Source of the DNA: a virus
Length of the DNA: 64,000 nucleotides
Strand: one strand, 5' to 3'
Virus record (IMG/VR): IMGVR_UViG_3300006147_000011
Positions 45,051-55,780 of this stretch are shown piece after piece. The translations under genes and the position numbers were made by a program. Below the pieces are notes generated by a model. That model searched no databases and was not told the origin of the DNA. It was given only the letters and a program-made list of their open reading frames with translations. Numbering within the stretch: position 1 is the first letter of the stretch; every line of letters starts with the position of its first letter.

Positions 45051-45827
45051 TTAAAAACTTATTTTGATATATCTTGGACAGGTGATTGTAATAGCTCCAT
45101 TGATACGAACTCGCAAACGGTTTTTCCCACGAAGAATGCGTAACCAATTCTTTGTAAACTTCTCGAGCAAATTTCTGCCCTCACCTGTAATAATTTTTAA
45201 TTCATTATCGACGACATATTGCGTGTTAGGGTTTAGTCCCGAGAAAGCAAATTCTCGCACGCGGTCATCTGTTGTATTTATAATTGACACGGCACCATCC
45301 GAGGTATCGAATTCCACCTTCGGGAAAATGTAAGTATCAATATTATCAGAATCGTTGTACAAATCAACATCTTGCGGTTCACCGTTGCCAAATAAAATTA
45401 TCTCTATAGGTTTGCCTAAAACATAATTAGAGTCAAACGTTGCCGATAAGTTTAAGCCGACGCAATATCCTGCGTGATAAATTAAACTTGTTACCGTAAA
45501 GATGCAGTTATAAGTCAAATCGTCGAACCCTTGTTGCATTACTATGAACGGCTTAAATCCCCTACGAGCATCCAGCCAAATTAGCACTTCTCTCAATATT
45601 TCTTCATGAATACTTTCCTCGCTAACAATAGAGAAGTCAAATGTCGGTGGGCTATCGTATGTCCTGTCAAGATAATGAAATTTTTTTGATGCCGCCGCTT
45701 TTGCGACTGCAATATTTGGCACAATGTATGGTGTTTCTTCAAGCACAGAACCATCAAAGCTTGCAATTTTTAATCCATATTTTGCTGAACATACACCATC
45801 GTAGATAAATTCCGTAGCAGTTAACAT
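45051..45827 (-). CDS. distal tail protein (Dit)-like
   Basis: 258-aa ORF directly downstream of the tape measure and upstream of Tal, the canonical siphovirus order. Confidence 0.45.
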   Translation of the reverse strand: MLTATEFIYDGVCSAKYGLKIASFDGSVLEETPYIVPNIAVAKAAASKKFHYLDRTYDSPPTFDFSIVSEESIHEEILREVLIWLDARRGFKPFIVMQQGFDDLTYNCIFTVTSLIYHAGYCVGLNLSATFDSNYVLGKPIEIILFGNGEPQDVDLYNDSDNIDTYIFPKVEFDTSDGAVSIINTTDDRVREFAFSGLNPNTQYVVDNELKIITGEGRNLLEKFTKNWLRILRGKNRLRVRINGAITITCPRYIKISF

Positions 45828-45891
45828 CTTATGCCCTCCTTTTTAATTTTATATATTAGAGAGCAGACCACATAAGCCTGCTCTCGCAACA

Positions 45892-48800
45892 TTAGTATTT
45901 TTTCTTGTACCCCGTTCTTGCCAACGCTGTTTGCATATTTTTCTCAATCTTTGCAACAGCTTGATCTACAAGAGATTTCAATTGTGGCATCGAATCCTTA
46001 TCAATATCGCCACACTTTATTTCTATCAGCGGAGAATTATTGTTGATAATTGCAGCGCCACCACTGTTATAAGCGAGCATACTCGGTAGAGTCTTTTTCA
46101 TAAATGTGTCCATTTGTTGTGATGTCACTACCAGCTCACCCTTCAGCAATTTAGCAAATTCTTCATTACTTCTTAAAGAGGCAACATCTCCGACAAACCC
46201 GCCACTATGATGTTGTTTAATGGTATAGCTTCCGTCATCGTTTGGAGTAAAATCAATTTTGAACGTCGATGCAAGATTGGCAATTTCATCAATTATCCTA
46301 TCGATTTGCTCTTGTAGGAATATTTCATAAGCATCGTAATCTTCATCAAGCTGCTTTGTTAAATCCTCAATCGCCCTGTTAAGAGTGTATTCGTCCAACT
46401 CGTCTCTCGCATCGGTTAATTGCTCTTGCAAGTCTCTGACCTTAGATTGACCAGCAGCAGATTTATCGAGCATAGCCAATGATAGTTGCGTCTGTAAATC
46501 TGCTACATTCTTCTGCTTCTGCGCCAATTCTTTTTGATATTTGATCTCATCCTTGTATGTTTCAAGTAAATCCTTACGGATATCAATCAATTCCTTATAT
46601 TTGTCGCCCTGCTCTTCAAGCGCATCTTGCAACTTATTTAACCTATCGGTTTCATCTTCGATTGCTTGTTCACGAAGTAACGTTGCCCACTCCGTAATTT
46701 TCGTATTGAGATTTTCCTGGGCGACTGCAACATTGTTCGTTGCTGTTGCGTAATCCTCGTCGTCGGCTTCCATTGAGGCAAGTATGTCTTGTGCCTCGCT
46801 GAGTTCGTCTGCGTAGGCTTGTATTTCATCTCGCGCCATAGCATTGAAGATTTCTGACTTTGTTTTATTAGCCCACTCGTCAGCCAATTGGTAACCAATA
46901 CCATCAACATATTTGAAGTATTTAGCAAGAAGAGTAGGATATCCTTCGGCATCTTTATCAATAATTTTGGCAATATTATCCATCGAAATTATGCCAGTTT
47001 TATCAATGTCTTTTAAGCCGTTGTTGAGACTATCGAATTTGTCTTGCATTATATCGATATCATCGGTAAATGTAATTTTGGTTTTAGCCTCAAGACGCTT
47101 TCTTAACTCTTTTATGCTTTCAATTAGCGCATTAGTAGACTCTGTATCGCCATCCGTATATACACCTATTTGTTTCAAATAGTCTAAGAACTGTGGAGCC
47201 GCTGCTGTAATAGCGTCCATGGATACGCCTTGTGAATCAGCAAGTTGTTGTAGTTTCTCCACTTCTGACGAAAATCTTGAATCAGCGAGAACCCTCTTCC
47301 ACGTCTGCGCAGCATTGCCTGTTTGGAGATTGTAACTATCAATCATCCTGTAATATTGCGCTAAATATGTATCAAGCTCGGCACTATCACCAAATTCAAA
47401 TCCATCAAGCATTTCACCGTATTCTTTAAGTGTGCTCGTAATAAAATCTTTATCTTCCTGCGAAGCGCTTTGGTAATTCTTTAAGATTTCATTGAATTTT
47501 TCTTCGTATGTGTCTGAGCCCCAAGCGATTCCCTGATGTATAAACGCAAAGGGTCCAATTAACAACCACTCCCACCACGGAGCGTCGTCAACCGTATGTG
47601 TATCATTATATTTTCCAAGAGCACCCGCAGCATCACTCGCTGCCTTTTGTTTAGCTCTCTTGGCTTCTTCTGCCTTTGTTGCCTCGATAGCTTCAAGGTT
47701 AGCCTTCTGCTCTTCAAGATATTTAAGCTCCTCTTTATCGACGAGGCTTATATTATCTTTTTTATTGATCGCATCAATTTGTTCGTTAATTTCTGCAAGT
47801 TTATCTTTAACTTCATCAAGCTCGTCTTCTGCATCTTTCCAAGCGTCAATTGATTCTTTAGCTGCTTCTTTGAGTGTTTCATATGAAGGATTAAATGCTT
47901 CAATCAGGTCAAAAATGCCTTTTACTACGGAGACAACAGCAGATATCGCAAGTAAAATCCAGCCTATTGGGTTGGTTGCCATAAACCCTTTGATGGTTGC
48001 GTCAACTCCCTTTACAGCAATGATTATTGCCGTTGCGATAAGAGCCACGGCGCCGGCAATTAGTTCTGCCCAGCCTCTCGCTTGACCGCTCAATGAAGTC
48101 ATTAAGGTAAGTATCGTTGTGATAATTAAGATAGGCGCATTTTTTGCCAAAAATTTCTGAATAGCTGTCCCAACCGTTGCGAAAAACCCTTTTATTCCAG
48201 TTGCCGTTACCCCAAGCTCTGTTTGTAGAAGTTTGAACTGTAAGCGCATATTCTTGAACGCTGGAATTAACTTGTTTATCATAGCGATAACGCCAATAAC
48301 GGCTGCTGCCATTATTGCGCCATTTGCCATAAACCCATTGCCGAGAGATAAGATTGCATTTAGAACTTTTGCTATAACAGACAGTAAGTCTATGAAAAAT
48401 TTAACGATACCACTATCTAATAAAGATGTTGAAAACTCTTCCCACGCCGCCTTTAACTGATTTGATTTTCCCTCAATGGAGTCAATGTATATCTCTTGCG
48501 CGTCTTGTAATGCCCCAACACCTTGGGTTGCATTTTCAACGACACTGGCAGCATCGTTCCAGTTTTGCATTATGCTATAAAAAGCATTTTGCTGCCTTGT
48601 ACCAGCAAGCATATCAGCAATAGCAGCCCGTTCAGCATCGTTAAAGTCTCCCCACTTAGCAGCAAGGTCTCCAAGTATAGCATATGTCGAGCGTAGCTCT
48701 CCGTTGGCGCCCGAGATAGATACACCAAATGCACGCATCTTTCTGTCGAGATCAGCGGTTGATAATATGTCGCCTGCATCTTCACCAAGCTCTTGTAATT

Positions 48801-50253
48801 CAGCTGTGCTGGCAGAAATACGAGCAGCTATTGTACGAACTGCCGTAGATGATTTGCTTACATTCTGTAATGACGCATTTGCGGCAGTAACTATACCAAT
48901 AGCCTCTTGAAGCGTATTCCCGTTTGATGCTAATGCACTTGCCGCGTTATTCATTGCCTCACCAATTTCTGCTTGTGAAATAGCAAAACTATTGCCGACC
49001 CAAATCATCTGGTCTAAAACGTTTTCAAGACCTTCCGCGCCGATGTTATAAGCTTTAATAATACCAGTAATATTTGTCGTTGCTTCATCTACGTTAACAC
49101 CAGAAATGTTGGCGTACATAGTTGTTTTCTTTGCAAGTAATTCGGCGTCCTCTAAGCCAAACCCAAGTCTCGCATATGTGCTTGTAGAGTTGGTGAGATC
49201 AACAACGCTTGCACCTATTTCTTTGGCTGACTTTGCAATACTTCTTGCCGCAGCATCCATTTCTTTTGCGGTAGCACCCGTAATTATTCTTAGCTCCGTC
49301 ATTGCAGCATCTATCTTTTTAACGTTATCGTAGACCTGTTTCAAAGCACGTAATAACAAGAGTAACAGCGTTTGTGCGATACGTTGAATAACTCGAGAGT
49401 CGAAAGCTTCCTTAATTTTATTTCCAAGCGTATCAGTTTCTCTCTGTATTTCTTTTAGACGTGCTTGTGTCTGCATGAATTGAGCATTAAGTTCCTTAAC
49501 CTTTTCTTTGGTTAATTGACCTCCACCCTGATTAAGCGCTTCGTTCAAACTCGCACTAAATTCGTCTACAAGCTTTTTCGCTTCTTTACTTCGAGCTATA
49601 ACATCATCGAAACCATTATCAACATAAAGAGATGCCGACATTCTTTGCAACTTAGCAATATCGGTAGGTGTTGCCATCTGTACTTGTTGTTGAATAGGAG
49701 TCTCCGCCGCCTGCTTTTGAAGTTGGTAGGCTTGTTCTAATTGCTCCCTGTATTCTTTGATATACTGAACTCTTTCTTTATCCACGCCCTCAAGTTTCTC
49801 AAGGGCTTCAAGCTGTTCTCTAAATTGTTTGTCAAGATTATTTGCATCCGCGTTTGCCTTAACGCCTGCCACTGACGAAAAACTACCATCATCCGCCTTA
49901 GGCAATTTTAATAATTTAACCTTTGTTTGATATAATCTTTCAAGAGCCTTTGTTACAGATTCGTAGCTTGCAACTTGCTCTTGTTTGTCGCCACCGCCGC
50001 CAGAGGAGCCGCCTTGACCTTCCGTCTTAACATTGGCTCTTACATTGATATTTAGATCACCGAGCGTTTTATCGAGCTCTTTTTTAAGCGCGGTTAATTG
50101 GCTTTTGAAGTAGGTCTTGTTTATGTTGACTTTTAACTTTATTCGATTTGCTATGTATTCAAGTTGTTCTTTTATCAATGCGCCAGATGAACCAGCAAGA
50201 AAACCTTTGCCGCCAGCGACACCAAACTTAATGCCAATTACATTATCAGCCAT
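45892..50253 (-). CDS. tail tape measure protein
   Basis: 1453 aa, long coiled-coil segments, central hydrophobic TM-like block, position after tail chaperones. Confidence 0.8.
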   Translation of the reverse strand: MADNVIGIKFGVAGGKGFLAGSSGALIKEQLEYIANRIKLKVNINKTYFKSQLTALKKELDKTLGDLNINVRANVKTEGQGGSSGGGGDKQEQVASYESVTKALERLYQTKVKLLKLPKADDGSFSSVAGVKANADANNLDKQFREQLEALEKLEGVDKERVQYIKEYREQLEQAYQLQKQAAETPIQQQVQMATPTDIAKLQRMSASLYVDNGFDDVIARSKEAKKLVDEFSASLNEALNQGGGQLTKEKVKELNAQFMQTQARLKEIQRETDTLGNKIKEAFDSRVIQRIAQTLLLLLLRALKQVYDNVKKIDAAMTELRIITGATAKEMDAAARSIAKSAKEIGASVVDLTNSTSTYARLGFGLEDAELLAKKTTMYANISGVNVDEATTNITGIIKAYNIGAEGLENVLDQMIWVGNSFAISQAEIGEAMNNAASALASNGNTLQEAIGIVTAANASLQNVSKSSTAVRTIAARISASTAELQELGEDAGDILSTADLDRKMRAFGVSISGANGELRSTYAILGDLAAKWGDFNDAERAAIADMLAGTRQQNAFYSIMQNWNDAASVVENATQGVGALQDAQEIYIDSIEGKSNQLKAAWEEFSTSLLDSGIVKFFIDLLSVIAKVLNAILSLGNGFMANGAIMAAAVIGVIAMINKLIPAFKNMRLQFKLLQTELGVTATGIKGFFATVGTAIQKFLAKNAPILIITTILTLMTSLSGQARGWAELIAGAVALIATAIIIAVKGVDATIKGFMATNPIGWILLAISAVVSVVKGIFDLIEAFNPSYETLKEAAKESIDAWKDAEDELDEVKDKLAEINEQIDAINKKDNISLVDKEELKYLEEQKANLEAIEATKAEEAKRAKQKAASDAAGALGKYNDTHTVDDAPWWEWLLIGPFAFIHQGIAWGSDTYEEKFNEILKNYQSASQEDKDFITSTLKEYGEMLDGFEFGDSAELDTYLAQYYRMIDSYNLQTGNAAQTWKRVLADSRFSSEVEKLQQLADSQGVSMDAITAAAPQFLDYLKQIGVYTDGDTESTNALIESIKELRKRLEAKTKITFTDDIDIMQDKFDSLNNGLKDIDKTGIISMDNIAKIIDKDAEGYPTLLAKYFKYVDGIGYQLADEWANKTKSEIFNAMARDEIQAYADELSEAQDILASMEADDEDYATATNNVAVAQENLNTKITEWATLLREQAIEDETDRLNKLQDALEEQGDKYKELIDIRKDLLETYKDEIKYQKELAQKQKNVADLQTQLSLAMLDKSAAGQSKVRDLQEQLTDARDELDEYTLNRAIEDLTKQLDEDYDAYEIFLQEQIDRIIDEIANLASTFKIDFTPNDDGSYTIKQHHSGGFVGDVASLRSNEEFAKLLKGELVVTSQQMDTFMKKTLPSMLAYNSGGAAIINNNSPLIEIKCGDIDKDSMPQLKSLVDQAVAKIEKNMQTALARTGYKKKY

Positions 50254-50311
50254 ATTCCTCCTCCTTTATTTATTATTAAAAAACTCGCATAAGCGAGCAT
50301 AAAATTCGATA

Positions 50312-50899
50312 TTAAACATCGGAACCATCTTTGTAAATGCCTACGAGTTCCGCTTTTGCTATTCCTTTTCCCGCGCCATTATTAAATTCATTAACGGCTT
50401 GCGTCAAAAAGTCATTAGGCTCCCTGTCTTTACGGCTTCGCACGTTGCCGTGGTTGCCATATTGGTCATACCACCATCCATATACATAATCTCTCGCATG
50501 GTATCCTTTTGTAAACAATAGAACAATGTTGTGCAATCCCTCTGGATAGGTTTCCAAGTCAAGAGAGTCTCTTTGTAATGACCCCTCGCGAAACGATACT
50601 TCCAATCTCCACAATCCGTCATTCCCTTGGTATGGTTTTTCTACAATTATGTCGTCGGGTATGATTGATTTAATAAGCGGATTGATATGCTGATAAAGTA
50701 TCTTCTTCATCTGTTCTCCGTATGCCATCAACATTGCCGACGGGTCTTTATCGGTATATGTAATACCTGTTTGCTTTTTAATTGCTGCCTTGCCCGCGGG
50801 GGACTTGGCATATTGCTCGATAAGCTTGTTAATATATTCCTCTGTAATCATTAGCCCCTCCGTTGACACCACAGAACAAGGGCTGGATGATTTATTCAC
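50312..50899 (-). CDS. hypothetical protein (195 aa) between tape measure and chaperone genes
   Basis: ORF; no motif. Confidence 0.4.
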   Translation of the reverse strand: MNKSSSPCSVVSTEGLMITEEYINKLIEQYAKSPAGKAAIKKQTGITYTDKDPSAMLMAYGEQMKKILYQHINPLIKSIIPDDIIVEKPYQGNDGLWRLEVSFREGSLQRDSLDLETYPEGLHNIVLLFTKGYHARDYVYGWWYDQYGNHGNVRSRKDREPNDFLTQAVNEFNNGAGKGIAKAELVGIYKDGSDV

Positions 50900-50928
50900 C
50901 CAGCCCCACTCTGTATCAAACTATTCTT

Positions 50929-51237
50929 TTATTCGTCAATAGTCCAAGTTTGAACCTCATCCCAAATCTTGTCTACGAACGAATTCCCCTTTAACTTTTT
51001 ATATTGAAAATAAAGCTTTTCTAAGTCTTCGTATTCGTAGAGCCGCATCTGACGTTCATGATAGTGCTTGTAATAAATCTCGGTAATTCTATCCCTCAAC
51101 AAACATCTGTCGGTTTCTTGTCCACGATAGCGACCTAAAAGCCACGTTCTAAATGGTTTACACACTGATGTTAAGAGGACGATAGCAGCACTCGGTAAGC
51201 TTATTACAAGGCTTATAATTTGCAATGTTTGCATCAT
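50929..51237 (-). CDS. small membrane protein (N-terminal TM)
   Basis: MMQTLQIISLVISLPSAAIVLL hydrophobic N-terminus. Confidence 0.4.
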   Translation of the reverse strand: MMQTLQIISLVISLPSAAIVLLTSVCKPFRTWLLGRYRGQETDRCLLRDRITEIYYKHYHERQMRLYEYEDLEKLYFQYKKLKGNSFVDKIWDEVQTWTIDE

Positions 51238-51282
51238 TCTGCTCTCCTCCGATATTCCTTACGGAACATCTTAAACTAAGTA

Positions 51283-51888
51283 TTAACCTTGAACATCCTT
51301 TTTTCCAAATAAACCACTTATAATATCCTGCAACGAACCATTCGGAGCCAAATCCTTGATTTTAGAGGTTATCGCATCAATGTCTTCTTGCGGAACTCTC
51401 CCTTCAAAGTCACTTAGTACGCCGCCTATTTTATTCATGAGCGAGTTGACATCAGTCTTGGCGACAAGATATTGCCTATATGTATCGATTGCATTGTTCG
51501 CCGCATCGAATATATCCTCTATATCTGCCTCGCCTACGAGTTTGACAACATCATCATAAATGGTTGTATATTTCAAAACCAGCCACATATCGTCCAACTT
51601 TGTAGGAAGAGTCAAGTCGGTGAAAAACTTGATTACCGTATATCTTTCGAGAAGAGTACGATATTCGGGTACGTATGTTTTTACGGAGTCTTTCTCATCC
51701 ATAAAGACGCCGTCTACAATTTCCCGCACCATCTCCATTCTTTTCGTAAACGGCAGAACAGGGTAAACCTTAACCACGAGTTCCGTCTCGCCTTCGCCAT
51801 ACTTAAGTTCCCCCACCCTTGGCGCAGTCGCCTCAACGAGCGCCCTAATTTGTGCTGTGTTGTTGTTTTCGCTTTTTGATTTTTTCAT
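51283..51888 (-). CDS. putative tail assembly chaperone
   Basis: Acidic 201-aa ORF between major tail and tape measure genes (positional). Confidence 0.35.
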   Translation of the reverse strand: MKKSKSENNNTAQIRALVEATAPRVGELKYGEGETELVVKVYPVLPFTKRMEMVREIVDGVFMDEKDSVKTYVPEYRTLLERYTVIKFFTDLTLPTKLDDMWLVLKYTTIYDDVVKLVGEADIEDIFDAANNAIDTYRQYLVAKTDVNSLMNKIGGVLSDFEGRVPQEDIDAITSKIKDLAPNGSLQDIISGLFGKKDVQG

Positions 51889-52348
51889 TATATTCCTCGA
51901 TCTCCTTTAATTTCTGTGCTTTTTCTTTCCTGCGCTGCTTTCGCCCAGCGTTAATTGCTTCATATGTAGTCCATCCCCCGTCGATCTTCGAGTACCCTAT
52001 CCAAACATAATCAAGGTCTGGATAAGTAAACCAGAACATTTTTCGTTTCAGCTTTGCTACATTATCAGGACACCCTTTGATGTCTATAACGGTTTCTTTT
52101 CCGTCTTTACTCACTGTATAAAAATCCGCCTTATATTCGATAGCCTGAACTTTCTTACCATCTCTTATGAAGGGCGGTTGCAATATATATTTTTTTTGCA
52201 TCTCGTAATGTGTTATTTCCCCACTTTGTACCGCTGGCAATATTACATCACGATAATATTTCATTTCAACGACGCTATCAAACACAATACCGTCGTATGT
52301 ACGTTCATAGGTTTTTTTGCCTACATTGTATTTTGACCTTTCATTCAT
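51845..52348 (-). CDS. DUF1064-like (resolvase/VRR-NUC-fold-like) protein
   Basis: GKKTYERTYDGIVFDSVVEMKYY...YKADFYTVSKDGKETVIDIKG matches the DUF1064 pattern. Confidence 0.5.
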   Translation of the reverse strand: MNERSKYNVGKKTYERTYDGIVFDSVVEMKYYRDVILPAVQSGEITHYEMQKKYILQPPFIRDGKKVQAIEYKADFYTVSKDGKETVIDIKGCPDNVAKLKRKMFWFTYPDLDYVWIGYSKIDGGWTTYEAINAGRKQRRKEKAQKLKEIEEYNEKIKKRKQQHSTN

Positions 52349-52418
52349 ATTGGTAAATAATTAGAGTCGTAGCCGCGACATATAGCCGCGGCTATTTCTC
52401 TAAATGCCTAATACTTAT

Positions 52419-53090
52419 TTATGGATTCTCGGTGCCGCCGCCAGTTTCTCCACCCGTTTCGTCACCGGTATCGGGATTGGGCGTATCCGCACCGCCCTCA
52501 TTGCCGTCGCCTTCTCCGCCTTGAACGGGAGTATCGGGCGTAGTCGTGCCGCCTTCGGTAGATTCCTCGGGAACGGGGTCTTTGTCGCGCTTGATATCGA
52601 CAAAGTTCTTTTCTTTGTCCTCTGCAAGCTCAAACTCAATATCGATGCTCACAGGGTCTCCCGAACCGTTATACGTAACACTGTAGTTGGGTTTTACGAG
52701 AGCCTTGTAAACGATGACATTCTCCGTGTAAACGTTGCCGTCCTCGTCCTGCCAAAGCGTATCGCCCTCGATTTTGTAATAACGGAATTTCTTCATCTTG
52801 CCGTTGAACGAAGCGACGCCGCTATCGTCGGTAAGTTTCTGACCGGAAATCAAATTCATGATACCGCTATCTGTAACCTGAGTGGAAACCTTCAGCGTTC
52901 CCTCAAGCGGGTCTTTGAACCCTATCATTTTTACGTGTCCCTGACCACCGGTAGCCCACGTAATTTCACCGGTTACTTCAAGGCTGACTTCGTTCGCGAA
53001 ATCGATAACCATCGTATCGGTGTCGTCCGTTATATTGGTAAGCTTCAAATTCAAGCCATAACGGTTAGCCATTTTAATTGATGCACTCAT
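52419..53090 (-). CDS. major tail protein with Gly/Thr/Pro-rich C-terminal extension
   Basis: 223 aa, beta-rich, position upstream of chaperones; C-terminus GGEGDGNEGGADTPNPDTGDETGGETGGGTENP. Confidence 0.5.
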   Translation of the reverse strand: MSASIKMANRYGLNLKLTNITDDTDTMVIDFANEVSLEVTGEITWATGGQGHVKMIGFKDPLEGTLKVSTQVTDSGIMNLISGQKLTDDSGVASFNGKMKKFRYYKIEGDTLWQDEDGNVYTENVIVYKALVKPNYSVTYNGSGDPVSIDIEFELAEDKEKNFVDIKRDKDPVPEESTEGGTTTPDTPVQGGEGDGNEGGADTPNPDTGDETGGETGGGTENP

Positions 53091-53091
53091 A

Positions 53092-53871
53092 TTATTTCTG
53101 CTCCTTTTCTAAATTTGTTATTGGTTTTAACCAAGCCTGTACGTCAAAATCTTTTCCACCGTGATTGCTATAAGCCATTTCACTTAAATCCATAGCTCGT
53201 AAGTATCCATACTGGAAGAATTGATCATACAACTGAAACACGGTTAAATCGTATATGTTTAATAGGGTATATCCAACGGAGACGCAACTTAATTTTGAGA
53301 TAATGTTTCCAAGTTGCATTCGCTTGTCTGGTGTTGCTTTTGTAGCTTCCTTTTTTAAGTGTTGCTGTGCAATTTCCCAAAGAGATTGAGCCTTACCAGA
53401 CGCAAACTTGGCTGGTTTAGCAGAACGCCCCAAGTTAATGTAGTTTGCTTGAAGCATCATATCTCGAACATCGTCAAAATTATCTCTATTGATTTTCCCT
53501 ATCTCGTTGTGGTTGTCTTTTGATTTGGTAATAAAAACGCGCTTTCGCTTATCCCATTCCAAATCCTCGTCAATAAAAAAAGCCATTGCGTCTTGCAATA
53601 GCTGTCTTGGTTGATCGAGGAGTGTAGCGACATCAAAGGCATTAAGTTCATCTTTGCCATTCAAGCTTCTTAATTGCTTACCGCTTGAAACTTTCATAAA
53701 CTTAATTATATCGTCCTTTTCCCAGCTCAAAATATTTAAGTACAAATTATAAGTCCACATACCGATACCTTTCGTGGGCTTTAATTCGCGCAACAGCGGA
53801 GACCTTATATGCCCAACACCATCAACGGGTATTGAGTCACCACTGATTAAGTCCTCATAACTAAACTTCAC
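53092..53871 (-). CDS. hypothetical head-tail/tail completion protein
   Basis: Positional only. Confidence 0.35.
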   Translation of the reverse strand: MKFSYEDLISGDSIPVDGVGHIRSPLLRELKPTKGIGMWTYNLYLNILSWEKDDIIKFMKVSSGKQLRSLNGKDELNAFDVATLLDQPRQLLQDAMAFFIDEDLEWDKRKRVFITKSKDNHNEIGKINRDNFDDVRDMMLQANYINLGRSAKPAKFASGKAQSLWEIAQQHLKKEATKATPDKRMQLGNIISKLSCVSVGYTLLNIYDLTVFQLYDQFFQYGYLRAMDLSEMAYSNHGGKDFDVQAWLKPITNLEKEQK

Positions 53872-54374
53872 TCGTTAATCTCCACGATATTAAAATCGGG
53901 AACTTCGTATGTTATCTCTCTTATCGCAAAACCGCTTATCGGTGTCACGGTTTTAACGGAGTTCAGTTTTAGTTTTCCAATTCCAAGAAATTCAGAATTG
54001 TTTAATACTCTATCGACATATCTAACAAGGTTATCTCTGCGGTTCCCGATGACTCCCTTGAATGTCTTTCTATTTAGCGCCATATAATTTTTATGGCAAG
54101 CAACCGTAACGTAGAGTCGTATGCCTTTTATAGTTCTATTATCTACGCGATTTACCTCCATTTCTACCCATATATAGGCAGCCACCTCTTGTGATGTTTC
54201 GTCGATATATTGATAATCTTTGATGTTGGTTTCCATAGTTTTATCGATGTCATCTTCACCAACATCGTCGAACGCTTTATTTACGATTAACCCCGTACAA
54301 TATTTGTCTTCGGCTATGCGGAGTATAACCTTTGCGGGATATTCTACTATTTGGTCTAAATAAGTTTTTGCCAT
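53868..54374 (-). CDS. hypothetical tail terminator / head-tail joining protein
   Basis: Positional only. Confidence 0.35.
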   Translation of the reverse strand: MAKTYLDQIVEYPAKVILRIAEDKYCTGLIVNKAFDDVGEDDIDKTMETNIKDYQYIDETSQEVAAYIWVEMEVNRVDNRTIKGIRLYVTVACHKNYMALNRKTFKGVIGNRRDNLVRYVDRVLNNSEFLGIGKLKLNSVKTVTPISGFAIREITYEVPDFNIVEINE

Positions 54375-54375
54375 A

Positions 54376-55464
54376 TTAGGTTACCTCCACTTCGTATTTT
54401 GCTTCTATATATTCCCCTGTCGTACAAATGCAGGTTATTGTAAAAATCGAGCCAACCAAATCATCATCTTCTTTAACGCTTATTTTGCACGTTGCTCCAC
54501 TCGGTTTTATGGATACGCCTTCCCCTTCAACGCTCCACTCAACTTCCGCCGGAGGCTCGATGCTTTCGCCGCTTTCTTTATCTATTGCGGTTAAAGAATA
54601 CGTGCGAGCACTGCCTGAACGTATGGTTTTTCTACCGTCAATCACCAATCTGCCTTTGATTACAACCGTTTCCTCTCCTGGATTTTCATCTGGGTTCTCA
54701 TCTGGATTATCTGGGTTATCTGGTTCAACCGGCTCTGGCTCAATGGGTTCTGGCTCTTCGGGCAATTCCTCTTTCGGTTTTTCTTTATAATCGCATATTA
54801 GCAACTCTATATTGTCTGACTCAGGATTGAATGGGTCGTCGTTAATACCGAAAACCATTAAATGACTACCCTCGCCAAAGTTGCGACTCTTAATATCAAT
54901 CCATTTAATTTTACCTGCCTCGAGAACTTCTTTGCCGTCTTTGTCGTAGATAACGCTTATACCAAGTCGCTTATCTATAAACAACGAGCGGCTTTCGTCA
55001 TCCAAAGAAATATAGCAGTTGAAACTGTTATCGGTAACGACAAGCGCTTTATCGTTCCCTTTTGAATACGAGCCATCGTCAAGAATTGCGTACTTGTGAA
55101 TTGTGTTGAGCTCAAAATCTTGATAATGGAATATATGGTTACACATCCAAAGCTCACCGTAATACATACCGAACTCATCCACATACATCTCTACACAAAT
55201 CCAGTACTCATTAAATACCTTTACCAAATCCCCTATGTACAGTCTATCCCCAGGGATAACCGTAACATCACATTTGTTGGTCTCTTTGCGCGTTGCAACA
55301 ATAGGTTGCGGATTGCCATTTACAAGCGCATCTTTTTGATACGCAGAGCTTTGTTGTATTGTTTCAGCAAAACTTTCTTGAACATAGTTCTGCTCTTGGC
55401 ACTTTTCTTTTTCTAAGCCGCAAGCCAACCAGCGGCGATATAATGCGAGTTCATCATTTGCCAT
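54376..55464 (-). CDS. structural protein with C-terminal Ig-like (Big_2-type) domain
   Basis: C-terminal beta-rich segment TYSLTAIDKESGESIEPPAEVEWSVEGEGVSIKPSGATCKISV; acidic Pro-rich linker. Confidence 0.4.
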   Translation of the reverse strand: MANDELALYRRWLACGLEKEKCQEQNYVQESFAETIQQSSAYQKDALVNGNPQPIVATRKETNKCDVTVIPGDRLYIGDLVKVFNEYWICVEMYVDEFGMYYGELWMCNHIFHYQDFELNTIHKYAILDDGSYSKGNDKALVVTDNSFNCYISLDDESRSLFIDKRLGISVIYDKDGKEVLEAGKIKWIDIKSRNFGEGSHLMVFGINDDPFNPESDNIELLICDYKEKPKEELPEEPEPIEPEPVEPDNPDNPDENPDENPGEETVVIKGRLVIDGRKTIRSGSARTYSLTAIDKESGESIEPPAEVEWSVEGEGVSIKPSGATCKISVKEDDDLVGSIFTITCICTTGEYIEAKYEVEVT

Positions 55465-55771
55465 CCGTCTCCCCTCCGTATAGCACGCAAAGATTATCGA
55501 TGTTCCTTGTTGAATTCAGGATAATCTTTCTCCACTGCTTGAAGTCAACGGAATGACCATGTATGTACTGCATATTGTTTACTACATATAGGTATTGTTT
55601 TTGGGATGCAAGAATCGGATATGTTGTCATTGCACCCGTTAGATTTATAATAAGCGACTCGATGTATTCGCTCATGTGGTTGTTAACGCCACTCATTTCA
55701 GCTTCTTTCATAGGAAGTAGCTTAAATACATCGCCTCGTAAACTTGATAGATAGTTCCTTAACTGTTCCAT
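55454..55771 (-). CDS. hypothetical head-tail connector protein
   Basis: Positional. Confidence 0.35.
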   Translation of the reverse strand: MEQLRNYLSSLRGDVFKLLPMKEAEMSGVNNHMSEYIESLIINLTGAMTTYPILASQKQYLYVVNNMQYIHGHSVDFKQWRKIILNSTRNIDNLCVLYGGETDGK

Positions 55772-55780
55772 GTCTTCACC

